From NCBI GenBank assembly GCA_013265495.1, contig MU058836.1, positions 868,001 through 932,000 of the forward strand: 64,000 bases of DNA. Direction: 5' to 3'. This DNA is from Vicugna vicugna (taxonomy: Eukaryota). The notes under the pieces were generated by a model. It saw nothing but the letters and a program-made list of their open reading frames with translations. It searched no databases and was not told the origin of the DNA. A program made the translations under genes and the position numbers. Shown one piece after another: positions 35,091 through 47,734 of the stretch; positions within the stretch are counted from its first letter, which is position 1; each line of letters starts with the position of its first letter.

Positions 35091-37049
35091 TTCCACACAT
35101 TTTTGATTAGAGTTATTTTGGTACCATAATAAAGTATATTTTTAAAATTGCATTTTAAACCAATGATTGTTGGGTTATAAAAATGTAATTTTTTAAAAAG
35201 CAACTTTTTGAGTTTTATTTACTGATAACAATTTTGCTAACTTTCTTATTCTTTCTAATAATTTTTTTGCTTTCCGTTTTTTTGTAGATAACCTTCTAAC
35301 TTGGAAATAAACATACTTTTTATACCTTTCTTTTATTTGTATTGTCTAATCGCATGATGTAGGAACTCTAAAAAAAAAAAAATCAAATTTAAACCAAAAG
35401 AGCAGCTTCTTTGCTGACTGTAAAGGAAATTCTTCTAGTAATTCACCATTTAGTATGATATTTATTTTAGATTTTTGTAAATATCCTTTTTCAAGTTAAG
35501 GAAATTTCTATTTCTAGTTTCCTAAGTTTTATTATTTTTTCAAGTACTTACTAGTGTTGAGTTTTTAGAGAGCTTTTGGTGTGTCTACTCATGTGATCTT
35601 GTAATTCATTTCACTTAATATGTTATGATGATGAACAGCATGTATAAATATTTAACTTAAGATGACATGGCATTTCTTGGACAAACCACATTTGGTCGTG
35701 TGTATAATCTTTCCTTATAATTTCTAGATTTGACTTGCTAATGTATTGTTCAGAGTCTTTGCATTTAGGCTCATCTGGCTAGTGATTTTTATTGGCTGGT
35801 GATTTTCCTTTTTTATATAATTTTTGCCTCATTTTGATATCAAAGCTGTATTCGTCTCATCAGATGAATGGGGAAGTCACTCCCCTCTTTCATTTTTCTG
35901 CAAGCGTTTGAATGATCTGTAATTACCTGTTCTTGACATTTCATTAGAACCTGCTTTTGTAACCAGTGGGCCTGTGAGTTCTTTACGGGATGGTTTTAAA
36001 TGACAGATTTAATTTCTTTAGTTGTTAAAACAAAAGCCACGCTTTCTAAATCTTTTTTAATCAATTTTAGTAGATCATACTTTTCCAGGAGTCTTTCCAT
36101 TTTATCGAAGTTTTACATTTATTGGCAGAAAGTTGTTCATAGTACTCCTTATCTTCTTAATCTCTACCCTGTCTAGAACTTTTCCTCTTTCATTATTCCT
36201 AAAATTAGTTATTTGAGCCTTGTCATTTTTTTCTTGATTGTTCTCACTGAAAGTTCACCAATTTTAGTGACTTTATAAGGAATCAGCTTTTGACTTCGTT
36301 AAAGCTATCTTATTTTTATTTGCTATTTCATTAATTTCTGCTCTCATTTTTCTGCTCTTCTTGGGTTTCTGCTGGGGTTATTTTCTAATTCCTTAAAGTG
36401 GGCATTTAGCTCACAGTAGTTTAGCGCTTCTTTTCTAATCTGACCGTTTAAAGCTACCTGTTCCTCCCCGAGTGTGGCTTTAGCTGTGTTCAATCCACTT
36501 TGATACGTAACATTCTCACAGATGTTCGGTTCTATCTCTATTCTGATTGCCACTCTAATTCTTTCTTTGTTCTTTGACTTCTTTAGAAGTCTGCTCCTAA
36601 ACTTCCCAAACCATAGTTTCTCTGTTTTCGTTATTTATTTCCAACTGAGTGGCTCTGCAGTGAGAACATGCAGCATGTACGCCGTGCCGCTGAACTGTGT
36701 TAGACTTGCTTTATGGTCTAGAAGATAAGCTTTCCTGTATTAAGTGAAAGCCATGTGAGTGGCACTTTATATAAATGATCTTGACTTCGCCCACTACTGA
36801 TTCCAAATACAAAATAATGTTTTTATAATAATTTACCAGATGAGAAAACTGAGGCTTGGAGGAGTAAGTGGAGGAGGCAGGAGTTAATTCAGGTTAGTTT
36901 AACTCAAAACAATATTTCTACTCAGAAAAGCTGGCTGCAAGGTCCAACTCTGAGCCTCACACAGACTCTCTGCCCAAAGCGGGGTAAATCTCTGAGGACC
37001 GAGCCCCTCTGTGGGTGCTTCTCGGAGTTCGTTGTCTGTGCATGTCTGG

Positions 37050-37640
37050 GAGACAGAGAAAGCAGCCCACCAGGTTTCATGAGCCGCGCTAAAGAGCTTG
37101 GCTTTTAATTTGAGAACAATGAGAAGACAGTGAAGGCATTTTAAGCAAGATGACAATGATGAAAATAATAATCATGCTAACAGCTCATGTTTACTAAGTG
37201 CCGGGCATTTCTTCATTAACTCATAATGCGAGCAATAACAGTGGTAAAGGTCAAGACTATTATAATTTTCCTTTTGTAGACAAGGAAGTGAAGGTTCAGA
37301 GATGTTAAGTAACTTGCCTAAGGCCACACAGGCAGTCTCTTTGGACCCAGACTTCAAACCCAGGCTGTCTGATTCTACGGGACCGCATTTTGACCGTGAC
37401 TTCTCCTCCATGGTCAGAGCTGAAGTGTTATCTTGCTTGCTTTTTCAGTTTGTTTTTTAAGAAGATAATTCTGTGTGGAGCATGAGGGGAGGAGAGACTG
37501 GAAGCAGAGAGAGCAATCTGAGGCCCTGCTCCAGGCAAAAGATGATGGTGGGGATGGCTGTGGAGTTGGACAAATCTGACAGGCTTTAAGACACCGGAAT
37601 GAATAATAGTACATTGATTTGTTCATTCAGTAGCCATTGA
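37050..37640 (-). mobile_element. L2 fragment interrupted by a MIR (about 37170-37410)
   Basis: L2: TAAAGAGCTTGGCTTTTAATTTGAGAACAATGAGAAG...CCAGGCAAAAGATGATGGTG; MIR: GAGGTTCAGAGATGTTAAGTAACTTGCCTAAGGCCACACAG-like core. Confidence 0.75.
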
Positions 37641-37944
37641 CCGAGCACCTAGGACAGGCCAGGTCCGGAAATGGCCAGGCCTTGGTTGGGGGGGTGGGCC
37701 TGGAAGGGCTGGGGTTCTGTGAGCGAGATGGTAGAGTCAACAGTGACTTCACCAGGTAAGGAGGGTTCTTCCTGAAAGTGAAAGTGGGGCCCACACCACG
37801 GCCCAGAACGTTCCAGGAACCTCCCTCTCAACTCCTACTGCTGGTGGGAGGCACGGGCCACGTGGAAAAGGGGCCTCCTGCTGTTCCCACCCTGCTGTGA
37901 CAAGTTCCCTTTTGGCAGGAGGTGAAGTTTGCCTTGGCTTTGAG

Positions 37945-38265
37945 TCCTCATTAATTGCCCTTGAAGGTTAATTCTGTAAGTGCCAGTAATGACCAAGAGT
38001 TAATTTTTCTCTCTCCCCTGCCTGCCTTACTTCTTCAAATTTTTGTTTCTTTAATGGGCCATCCAATCTTGCTGGAATGTTTACCAAAGCAGGATAGTTA
38101 GCGATGTAAATAAATGAATTTACCTTGTCAAAAGGATCTGGAGCGAGAATTAAGGTGAGAGGAGTAATTTACAGGTGAATAATTACTTGGAAACCTCAGC
38201 AGGGAGACTGCTGGGGTGCTCTAATTATTTATCTTCTCCCAATTTTCTCTTCTTTAAACTGCTCG
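37945..38265. promoter_or_regulatory. candidate enhancer (homeodomain/forkhead motif cluster)
   Basis: non-repetitive AT-rich island with about seven TAATT/AATTA cores, TGTTTAC (38078) and GTAAATA (38106); motif evidence only. Confidence 0.4.
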
Positions 38266-41059
38266 CATGGGGGTGGATGGGGGTGGCATGGGCAGCGGGA
38301 GATGCTATTTTGGATTTCTTCTCTCCATTGTGAAATATATATGGACTTGGCAATTTGTGCGGCACACTCATGCCTTCATTTGGATCTTCTCCTGTGCTGA
38401 GGGGGATAGGATTGCTAGCCCTGTTTATGGATGGAGAAACTGAGGTTCCTATAGGTGAGCTCCATCCCCACCAGCCTCAGGAGGCAGAGGCGGTGTACTG
38501 TGGCTCAGAGGAGGCTCTTGATTCTCCCTGGCCCTCCAGCTGACCTGTGCCACACCAGGAACGCTGCCTGATGCTGCTCTCACCTGCCCAGCCGCCCTCT
38601 CACCCTCTCTGTTCCCCAAACATCCCCCGCTGGCTGGGTCCCTCCCCGATCGCTCCCTGGAAGCTCTACTGGGAACAACCTGCTCCGTCTTCCCTGCTGG
38701 CCGGTGGCCGCGCCCCTTCCTTGAGCAGCTCATTTTCCATTTTAAGATTTCCTGTTTGAACTAAAGGGCAAAGATCTCGGCAGTATCAGCCTGGAGCCGG
38801 GCTTCTGTGTGTATAAAGGGGAGCCTCAGCCCCTGCCCTCTGTTTGTCCACTGGCCTTATCGACAGAGCCCAAGTCCCAAGTTCAGAGGTTCCAGTTCCT
38901 TCCCGATTTGCTGGGTAAAGTCCGGCCCTTCCGTGCGGGCGGCCAGGGCGGGTGGCCAGTCTGGAGCCAGCAGTCATTTACGGCCGGGCAGTGCTTCCGT
39001 CCTGCCTGGAGGCCTCTGGCTGCAGTAGGCTGACAGACAGACAGATGGATGGACGTGGGGACTCGGGTGCCTTCTCTCTTGGCCTTCCTCCCCTTTGCCC
39101 TCTGCCGTGGCCGGCAGCCTGGGGAGCTGGCCCTCCCTGCAGCCTCCTTGGCCCTCACTCACACACGTCTTCCTGCACAAGCACACGCTTCCCGCCAACG
39201 CCGGGATCTCGGCCGCTGAGTCCTTTCCCAGAGAAAGGCACTTAACTGGTGCCATTTTTATGGGGTAATAATAAGAACTATCGCTGGAAGGGCAGCTGGC
39301 TGGTTCCAAAGTCCTTTCATCTCCTCCTCTCATCTGATCCGCGGGACAATCAGGAGTCGTCCAGACAGCGATCGCCTCGGTTTTACAGAGGAGCGATTGG
39401 AGCTCCGAATCAATGTCTTTATTCAATCAGGCCTTTTATTCAACAGGAGGTTCCAGGGAGCTCCCGTCTCCCCGCTGGTGGGAACCAGAGGAGACATCGA
39501 TATTCAGAAAGTCAGGGAACAAAATGGGTGGTGGCCAGGCAGGGCATGCGGGAAGAAGCACCCTGGGGTGCTGTGGGAGCAGGGAGTCAGGGGTGTGGGA
39601 TGTGGGGGCTCGGGAAAAGCCTTGCCAAGGTTTGTCCAAGATCCCTGCGCCGTACAACAAGGTCCGGAGCAGGGTGTGGCTCTCACTGGTCCAGATGGGA
39701 CCTTCCCCACCTACCAGTGTCTGGGCACAAATGAGACACAAGGGTCCTTCTACAGACTCCCGCAGACTCCAGGCCTCTCCACTGGATCATCAGCCCCCCA
39801 AGAGGAGAGGCTTCATGCGTTTGGTGATCTGCTTCATCTCCAGGGCCCGAAGTGGAGCCTGGCCCGCAGCCCTCGATAAATATTTGCTGTTTAATGAATA
39901 GACATACGCGCACGCCCGGTGCCTGCCTGTCACCCTCTATACAGAATTATAGAATCCACAAGCAGCAGGACGCTTCTAGAAGATTGCTGGGGGCGGGGGG
40001 GAGCTCAGAGCTGGAGTCACGGAGACATGGCTCTTGTCTCATTTGCTTCCCCTAAAGACCTGGGGACGAGGTGTTGGTGTTGGAGCCCCCGCGTTCTGGT
40101 CCCCTTGACACCTTCCAACTTTGGGTGACCTTCCTCTCCTCCACCGTAGAGTGAGACGGGCCCCTCGGCTGACCCAGGGAAGCCCCTCCCTGCTCTAAGG
40201 TTTGGGGAGTCTGGGAATGGGCGAGTGGCACCAGGCAGGAATTTCTCCCAGCTGAAGAGACTCTTTCCAGGCTGAGGAGGCAGTCTGGTTGCCCTTTGCC
40301 AACCCCTGTGGCCAGAAGGATGCTGGCTTGTGGTCACAGCTGCCGGCCTTCTGGGCCCCTGCCAGCTTCCCCACCAGCCTGCCTGCTGCCTGCTGGGATG
40401 GGTGGGGATGCAGCTGCCCACCCGCCCCGTGACCCTGCCCTCTATGGGCCCAGCCTCCCCAGTCCCTTCAGCAGAATGAAATGTCTGGGACCCGAGGAAC
40501 CTGGGCCCAGGCTTGAGCTCCAGGGCCCAGGCAGGGACTGGACCCATGGCTGCCAGGCTGGCTGGTCCTTTCTCCTTTCCCCCTTGTCCTTCCTCCCTCG
40601 GGGCTGCTGCTCCCTGGTGTGGTCTGCAGCAGGGTTCCTCTGGAGCCTCAGAGACTGCAGCCTTGGTGGGAAAGACCTGGAGTGCCCAACTGGCCCTCAG
40701 CCTGCAGCCGGCATCCTTCCTGGGAGGTGGCGCCCATGGCGGGAAAAGATGCTCCTCCTGTCTGCCCCACTAGCCAGCCTCTCCCACTCTGAGCCTTTCC
40801 CAGTGGCACTGATTTCCTATCTCTGGCTTTTCCCCTCCCCTTTCCCACAACCTTGTACTTTTCTATCCCCTCCCCCCTGGGAGGGGACCTGGTACAGTGG
40901 AACTTGAAGTTAGAAAGAATAAGGAGCCTTTCCAGCCCAGCCCTGCTACCAGCCAGCAGTGGAACTGGAGCCTCGGGTTTTTCATCTAGAAAATAATTAT
41001 TTCTTCCCAGGCTTGTTGTATAGATTCTATGAGATAATAATGTAGGGAAGCCTCCAGGC

Positions 41060-41260
41060 AAGTAATAGCAATGAACAATACCATAGAATTAGCTCTGTGC
41101 TAGCGCTGTTCTGATCAGTCCCCGGCTCTTGAAGGCAGGTACTATTTATTCCCATTTTACAGATAGGTTAAGTCATGGCCCAAGGTCAGACAGATTGTAG
41201 GTGGCAAAGCTGGGATCATGAATTCAGCAGTCTGGCTCATACCCAGCACCCACTCACTAC
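41060..41260 (-). mobile_element. MIR SINE
   Basis: CCCATTTTACAGATAGGTTAAGTCATGGCCCAAGGTCAGACAG...GTGGCAAAGCTGGGAT. Confidence 0.8.
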
Positions 41261-43234
41261 CCTGGGGAGATGTGTGCTTGCTGAGCACTAGGTGGGTTCA
41301 GTGGCTCCCTGCTAATTTGGGAGCTGCTAACCATTTGCCTTGACGAGACTTATCCTTGGGCCATCTTGGGGCCCTTGCTCTCCTTTCCCTGCCCTCCCAC
41401 ACACCTTCCCACACATCTTGGGCTGAGACTTGGCTCTGTTCTCTCTTTCTGCACCCAGGGGTGGAGGCAGAGATCCTCAAACCAAAGTTTTGTTAAGAGG
41501 CATAAAGTGAAGTCATACCTGACTGTCTTTGGGGTCTGCCATTTAAGAGGAGGCCAGAGTCTGGCTTCTGAGTAATTCAGTTCAACAGACAAGAACAAGG
41601 CAGGCCAGAGGCAGCTTACAGTTTAGGGGCTTTACCAGAAGTCCCTGCCCAGGTTGAGCCTGCCAGGAACTGTGGGGTACCGGTCTGTAGGCCTCAGGGG
41701 CCAGGCTGGAAAGGAAGTGGGAAAGCAGGTTCAGAGATAGGAAAGGGCTGTGCCCATTTCACAGACAGGAAGGGTGAGGGTCAGAACTGAAGCCAGCACT
41801 TCTGATTCCTGAATGGGTACTTTCTTTGACTCTTTCTTCCTTTTATATTTTAAAAGTTCAGGAGAGAGAAGGAGACCCTTGATGGCCCAAGATACCTGTA
41901 AATCCCATATTTGTGAATGGAGGTCCCTGAAGGAGACCTATTGTTTATCCTGGAGAAAGAGCCTGGGGCAGGATGAGGCTGAAGGGGTTTGAGCAGCAGG
42001 AGAGGAGATAAGTGACTTGCCCAGGGGCACACAACCTGTTCTGCCTCTCTGGGGCCAGTGGAGGTGGTCCTTCCCCTCAGGGGGACTGAGAGAACAAACT
42101 GGAGGCAGCAGCATTCATTCTGGGAACCCAAAGCCTCAGGTTTACAACCAGGCTCTATGGCAGATTTGCTGAGGGGTCTGTAGTGTCTAGACTCACCTGT
42201 CCTAACTGCACTGAGACATGCTTTCCACTGACCATGCTCCTCCCGCCAAGGACAGGTGGATCAAGGCTCAGTCAGCCATTCCCCTGACCTTGCATTAGGG
42301 ATCAGATACAGGGGGAGTCGTGGCCTGGGAGAGAGAAGACCTCTATTTCTTTCCCCAACCACTTAATTCTTCCACGAACCCTGTAAGAGAGCGCCAGCCA
42401 CTTCTTATTCCTAACAAGGGATGTCCAGTTTTCCTCTTTTGACTTGAGAGAGGGGAAGGAAGGCAGGGGGAGGGGTGGGGGCTTTACCTAGAACAGAGGC
42501 AAGAATTCTAAGGCAGTATCTGTGGTCGGACACATTCTCCATCCAATACTAGCTTTTATGGGGGAAAGGAAGACACAAATTCAGTGTGCACATCCATGGG
42601 AGATCTGCACCTGGACTTCAGAAATAAGCAAATGTGAAAAAAAAAAGGTGTGTTTAGGATCGAGGAAATATGATATTTACTTAGAAATGAAAATTGATTG
42701 CCTTTAACTTATGATAAGATAATTATGCTCCTCTGAGTCATTGTCATGCATTTGTGTTCTTAAACCTCCCTCATTAAGTAGTAAGGGTACGGATTTTATC
42801 TTAATTCATTTTTTATAGGGCTGTGAATTCCTGTATTTATCTACTTTTGTTTTCCTGTGTAGACACAAGGCTGCCTGGCCTCCCAGAGGTGAGATAACTT
42901 ACTATCTAGCAACTATTTCCCTGGAACCCAACCTAGGGCTGAAGTGGGCTTGAATTTCTCTTCTTACTGCCTGACCTTGACCTTGGATGATTCACTTCAC
43001 TGCTCTTTCTCGTCTGCACAGTGAAATTAATGTATTATATCTCTCATAGAGCTATGGCAAGAATTCGATGAGATATGACTACATTATCTCTATGGGAGGA
43101 GCTGGTGTCAGGAGAAGCGTGGTCTTAGCCATTCCCTCATACCGTCCCAGTTACCGTGAACGGCCCCCTCAACATGAACCAGTGTTGGGTTGACTGCGTG
43201 GTCTCTTGAAAAGGGATAGGGACTCTTTGGAGAA

Positions 43235-43480
43235 CAAGCCAGTTCAGATGGTGACTCTGTGATCTCACGGCCTGCATTCAAATCCCAGCTTGACAACTCC
43301 CTAGCTATACAACCTTGAACCTGTGATCTTTTAACTCTTAAAGCCTCAGTTTCCTCATCTGCGAAATGGGGCTAATGATGCTATCTACCTCTTAGAGTGG
43401 CTGTGGGGATTCAGTGAGAATACGAAACACCTGGATAGTTTAGCATAGTAAATAAGGGCTTTGATTATAATTATTGTTAT
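43235..43480 (+). mobile_element. MIR SINE
   Basis: TTCAAATCCCAGCT...GCCTCAGTTTCCTCATCTGCGAAATGGGGCTAATGA. Confidence 0.85.
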
Positions 43481-44169
43481 TAAATAAAAATACATGCCTG
43501 CCCCTGTGCCAGAAAATTGCCATAAATGTCTGGTGCTCTGACTGTAAGGTCGGTGTCCTTTGCTTTGCGTCGCAGATGGAGAAACAGAGTCTTGGGACAG
43601 TTAGGACCTCCTTCTCCATCAGTGTTAGAAATGAGCTGAGGCTGCCTCCACATCCCCTGCTGCTTTCCTGACTCCCCCGAGGGAAATACATCTCTCCTTG
43701 TGACTGATTGAGGGCGGTACCCTCTCATTCATTGCCAAGCTGGGGTCCAAGGCTCCTTTGAAAGTTTCTCATTGAAAGCTTCCTTCTGTCTCAGGGTTGA
43801 CTCTGACAGCCGCTGCCATTGACAGGGCCAGGCAGACTGGACCCCCAGCCCACCCCCTGGGAGCACTACCATTTCCTCCAGTTAGTCCCTGAAGCCTCCG
43901 TCCAGCTCGGAGCTGTTATCTGGCTCCGGCTCCCCTGCACCTGATGCCAGCGGGTTCCCTTGAAAGCCTGAGTCACCTCTCCTGGGTCTGTTCTGTGGAA
44001 TGAATCCCAGGATCAGCTGGGAACTTTGGGGACTACTGCAGAGTTCCACAGTACAGTTATTCAGCACTGTGAGTGTCTCCCTGGACACACCTCACCTGGA
44101 AGTCTGAAAGAAATCCCTTCCAACAGCAGAACCCACTTTAAACTCCAGGGTGCAGGGGTGATAGGCTAG

Positions 44170-44610
44170 GCACCGTTCATTGAACACTACGTTCTAAGCA
44201 CTGAGATGCTTTATATACACTAGCTCCATCAGTCTTCACCAAAAACCCACACTGCAGGCGTTATATTACTGTCCAGTTTCATCGCTGGTGGATGTCCTGG
44301 TGTGTGATGGCAAAGACCATAGAATCTGGAGCTAGACTTCCTGGGTTTAAATCCAGCCTCGTTCATGGGCTCTTGACTTCAACTATCTGAGCCTCAGTTT
44401 ATGCTCCTGCAAAATGGTCATGATGGAGGTGTCAAACTTCATGGGTGATGGTGACGGTTGGATTATGCTCCATAAATGGGAGTAGGAAGCTGATGCTGCT
44501 GGAGAAAAATGATTAGAGCAGGGCTGCCCCACACCCCAGGGCACTTAGCCAGGAAGAAGTAGCCTATCTGGAATGCAGATATGTCTGAGTCTAAAACCTC
44601 TGCTCTGATG
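44170..44610. mobile_element. MIR (+, about 44300-44480) nested in a MIR (-)
   Basis: antisense MIR 3' half, then CTGGGTTTAAATCCAG...CTGAGCCTCAGTTT, then antisense MIR 5' half ending TGTCTGAGTCTAAAACCTCTGCTCT. Confidence 0.6.
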
Positions 44611-45556
44611 AACCGTGTGGCGTTTTCTCCTTTCACCAGGCTGCTGGCTCAGGCCGATGCCAGGCAGAGCCCAGAGCCAGCTGGAAGGCTGCTAAGGAGA
44701 GGAGAAGGCAAAGAAGCAGCCCCCCCCCAGGGGGACACTGGTCAATAAGGACTAACAAGGACCCCATGGCTCGTGCTTGTTCAGGGGAAAGGAGATTCCA
44801 AACCATCACAGGCTTATTCTGTGGCCCCCGGTGGTGTAGATGTTCAAGGAAAAAGTGTCTGGTTCCTGCCATTACCAAGAGGATTGTGCAGGACATCTGC
44901 TACTTTTGTAACTCTTCCAGGGAATGTCTATCCTTCTAGAGGGAGAGAGAAGAATACACAATCTAGACTGGAGGCATATACCATGCGAGTCGGGGTTGGA
45001 GAGGGAGGGAAATAATATCTGGGTCCTGCTCTCTGCCCAGAAGAGTCAGGCATGCCCACGAGTGAGCAGGTACAGGGGCTCCCCCATCACACTGTGCAAT
45101 GGCTCAGAGAGCTGGAGGGACTGGTCTAAGGTCCACGAGAAGAAGTGACAGTGTGACTGCTCTAGCCCACTTGGTTTTATTTCAGTGCCATGGACTTTTC
45201 CACCCCATGCCCTTTGCACATGCTGCCCTGTCTGCCTAGAACTCCTCCCCTTCTAGGCATGCTTCTACATTCTAAGGGATTTCTTCTTTAAGTTCCGTAT
45301 TTGCTTCCTGGTCTCAGTACACTTGCAATTATTCATTTGTTTGCTTTAGATTAAAAAAAAAAACCTGGGGGGCAGATTCCTCCAGTAAAACAGAAGTGCC
45401 AATAGAGCAGGGCATTGTTTACCTTATGCAATTGCTGTGGACCCAGTGCCTAGAACAGGGCTTGGAGTTTAGCTGGCGCTCAATGTTTTCTCAGTGAAAA
45501 TAGGAGAGCTAAGAATCTGACCCAGGATGCAAGCATGAACTGCTATTCCACACTAG

Positions 45557-46078
45557 TTTTTTTTTTTAATGTAAAAGATTTTTTAAGCTATAATTCACAT
45601 ATCACACAATTCACCCATTGAGCGTGCAATTCAATGGTTTTTAGTATGTTCACAGGCACATTTTAATCATCTCAAAAGGAAACCCTGTACCTATTCTCAG
45701 CCACGCCCCACTCCTCTATCCTCCAGCTCCTGGCAACCCTAATCTACATTCTCCATAGTCTCTATGGATTTGCTTATTCTGGGCATTTCTTGTAAATGGA
45801 ATCATAACATATATATATGCTATGATTTTTTTTTGGTGATTGGCTTCCTGCACTTAGCATAATGTTTTCAAGCTTCCTCCTTATTATATCAGTGGTCCAT
45901 TCCTTTTTATTGCTGAATAATATTCCACTGTGTGGATATACTATTGCCTTTGGTTTATCCATTCATCAGTTGATTGGCGTTTTGGATTGTTTCTACCTTT
46001 TGCCTATTCTGGCTAATGCTGCTCTGTCTGCATACAAGTTTCTGTATGGACATACGTTTCATTTCTCTTGGTTATAGA
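45557..46078 (-). mobile_element. L1MB-type 3' end
   Basis: TATAATTCACATATCACACAATTCACCCATT...CCTGGCAACC...TCTATGGATTTGCTTATTCTGGGCATTTC...TTGCTGAATAATATTCCA. Confidence 0.9.
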
Positions 46079-46149
46079 CCTTGCTTTAAAAAATTTTCTT
46101 TCATTAAAAAATTAATTTTTAATAAAGTTTTTAATGACCATTTCTTTCT

Positions 46150-46243
46150 TATATTTATTTATTTAATGGAGGCACTGGGGATTGAATCCAGGGCCTTGTG
46201 CTTGCTAGGCACGCACTCTACCACTGAGCTATACCCTCTTCCC
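46150..46243 (-). mobile_element. camelid tRNA-Ala-derived SINE (Vic-1 type)
   Basis: AATGGAGGCACTGGGGATTGAATCCAGG...CACTCTACCACTGAGCTATACCCTC. Confidence 0.95.
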
Positions 46244-46289
46244 ACCCCAGATTTATTTTTTAATTAAAAATTTAAATTAATTAATTAAT

Positions 46290-46406
46290 TTTGGAGGGAG
46301 GTAATTACGTTTATTTATTTATTTTTTGGAGGCGGTACTGGGAATTGAATCCAGGACTCTGTGCATGCTAAGCACGCACTCTACCACTCGAGCTATACCC
46401 TCCCCC
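46290..46406 (-). mobile_element. camelid tRNA-Ala-derived SINE (Vic-1 type), tandem to the previous copy
   Basis: GGAGGTAATTACGTTTATTT...GGTACTGGGAATTGAATCCAGG...CCACTCGAGCTATACCCTCCCCC. Confidence 0.95.
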
Positions 46407-47734
46407 TTAATTTATTTTTATTTTAAAAATTACTTAACAAATGTTTATTCTCTCTTTTTAACTCTCTTTTGCCAGCCAGCTACAGAGGACTCTCACTTGA
46501 CTGGGCGGAGCCTGGCCTCCTGGGAGGAGCTAATGTTCCTTGCCTTCCATTCCACCTGCACTGCTCAGCTGTACCCTCCAAGGACTCCAAGAATGCTAGG
46601 GGCTGGGGGAGCCGACGCCTTGCTATGCAGGTGGCCGGGCAGGCCTGCCATCCTCTTGGCTCAGAGTCACCACCTTTGGTAGCACCTCACCTTTCATCCT
46701 CAGAGAGGGAGAACAGAGATTGAAACGCCTCGTCCCCAGACAAAAACAGACACAGCATTTTAATGATTAACGTCGTAACGTTGTCATAGGACTGCGCTGG
46801 CTTTCCTCTGTCACTGGGCAACACACCCTGCTGTTGACTCTCCCGTGCTCCAAGCCCCACAGTGAAGAGTAATTCCATCAGATTCAGTGCTTCCCTGTGG
46901 CAGTCCCTGTACATACGACCTTCTGCCACTGAGAGCCTGCTTAGATGTGCCGGGCAGCTGTAAAGCTATCTCCAGAACCCAGCAGCACCTTTTATCTGCT
47001 GGGCATTTTCATCTGCTACCTCATTTTTATTCTCTGAACTACCCAGCAAGGCAGCTGCTGCTACCTCCATTGTACAGATGGGGAAACTGAATCCAAGCCT
47101 TAATCCCTTTCCCCAAGATGCTTCAAGGAGTTTAACAATCCTGAAAAGACAAACCTGAAAATAAAAGATGCTGTGACGGAGCCAGCAGTTCACTTACTTC
47201 TTTGTCTCTTTGGGGGGCAATTTTCTTTCTTTTTACTTTTTCTTGTGAAATCCTCCTACCTCTTAATTCCTCCTCCTCTTCCTCCTGCTCCCCCCATGTT
47301 ATCTTAGCTTATCTCCAGTGGACGCTGAAAGACAAATTTGTCAAGTTGAATAGCACAATTCATTGTCCAGCCTGCCTTTCATTCAGGTGCTGACTCAGGT
47401 GTTCATTTATTTATTCACTCCTGGCTCACTTATTAAACTCCTCCTCCGCCTGGCACAGGCGCCATGCCATGCACCGAGGAGACACAGGTGATTGTGATAC
47501 GGTCTGAGTCTTCTGAGTCCTCATGGTCTGATGGAGGAGGCAGAGTCCCAAGCAAGCAGTTTCTAGTTAACAGAAAGAGTATTGCTGTAGAGGGATTTGC
47601 ACTGCACGGCAAGAACACAAGAAATAAAAACCAGCCTGGAGAAATCACGGAAGACCTCCCTGAGAAGGTGTCCCCAGAGCTGGGTAGTGAAGGTTGAATA
47701 GGAGTTCATTTATTTCTCATTTATTCCTGAATAG

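Larger units (their letters stand above)
32740..36740 (-). mobile_element. large degraded L1ME-type element (about 4 kb) hosting younger insertions
   Basis: AT-rich tract with colinear antisense L1 motifs (CTAGTTCATTCATTTTTACTGCTGTATA, CCATTTATTGAGTAGACCATC, TTCACCATTTAGTATGAT, TTCCATTTTATCGAAGTTTT). Confidence 0.85.

Noticed and set aside
40296..40907. 203-aa ORF and the overlapping ORFs at 38.9-40.9 kb
   Set aside because: Open in several frames on both strands, as expected for GC-rich stop-poor DNA; Pro/Gly/Leu-rich with no recognisable homology
45774..45962. ORF MDKPKAIVYPHSGILFSNKKE...
   Set aside because: Translation of a decayed L1 3' region, not a gene
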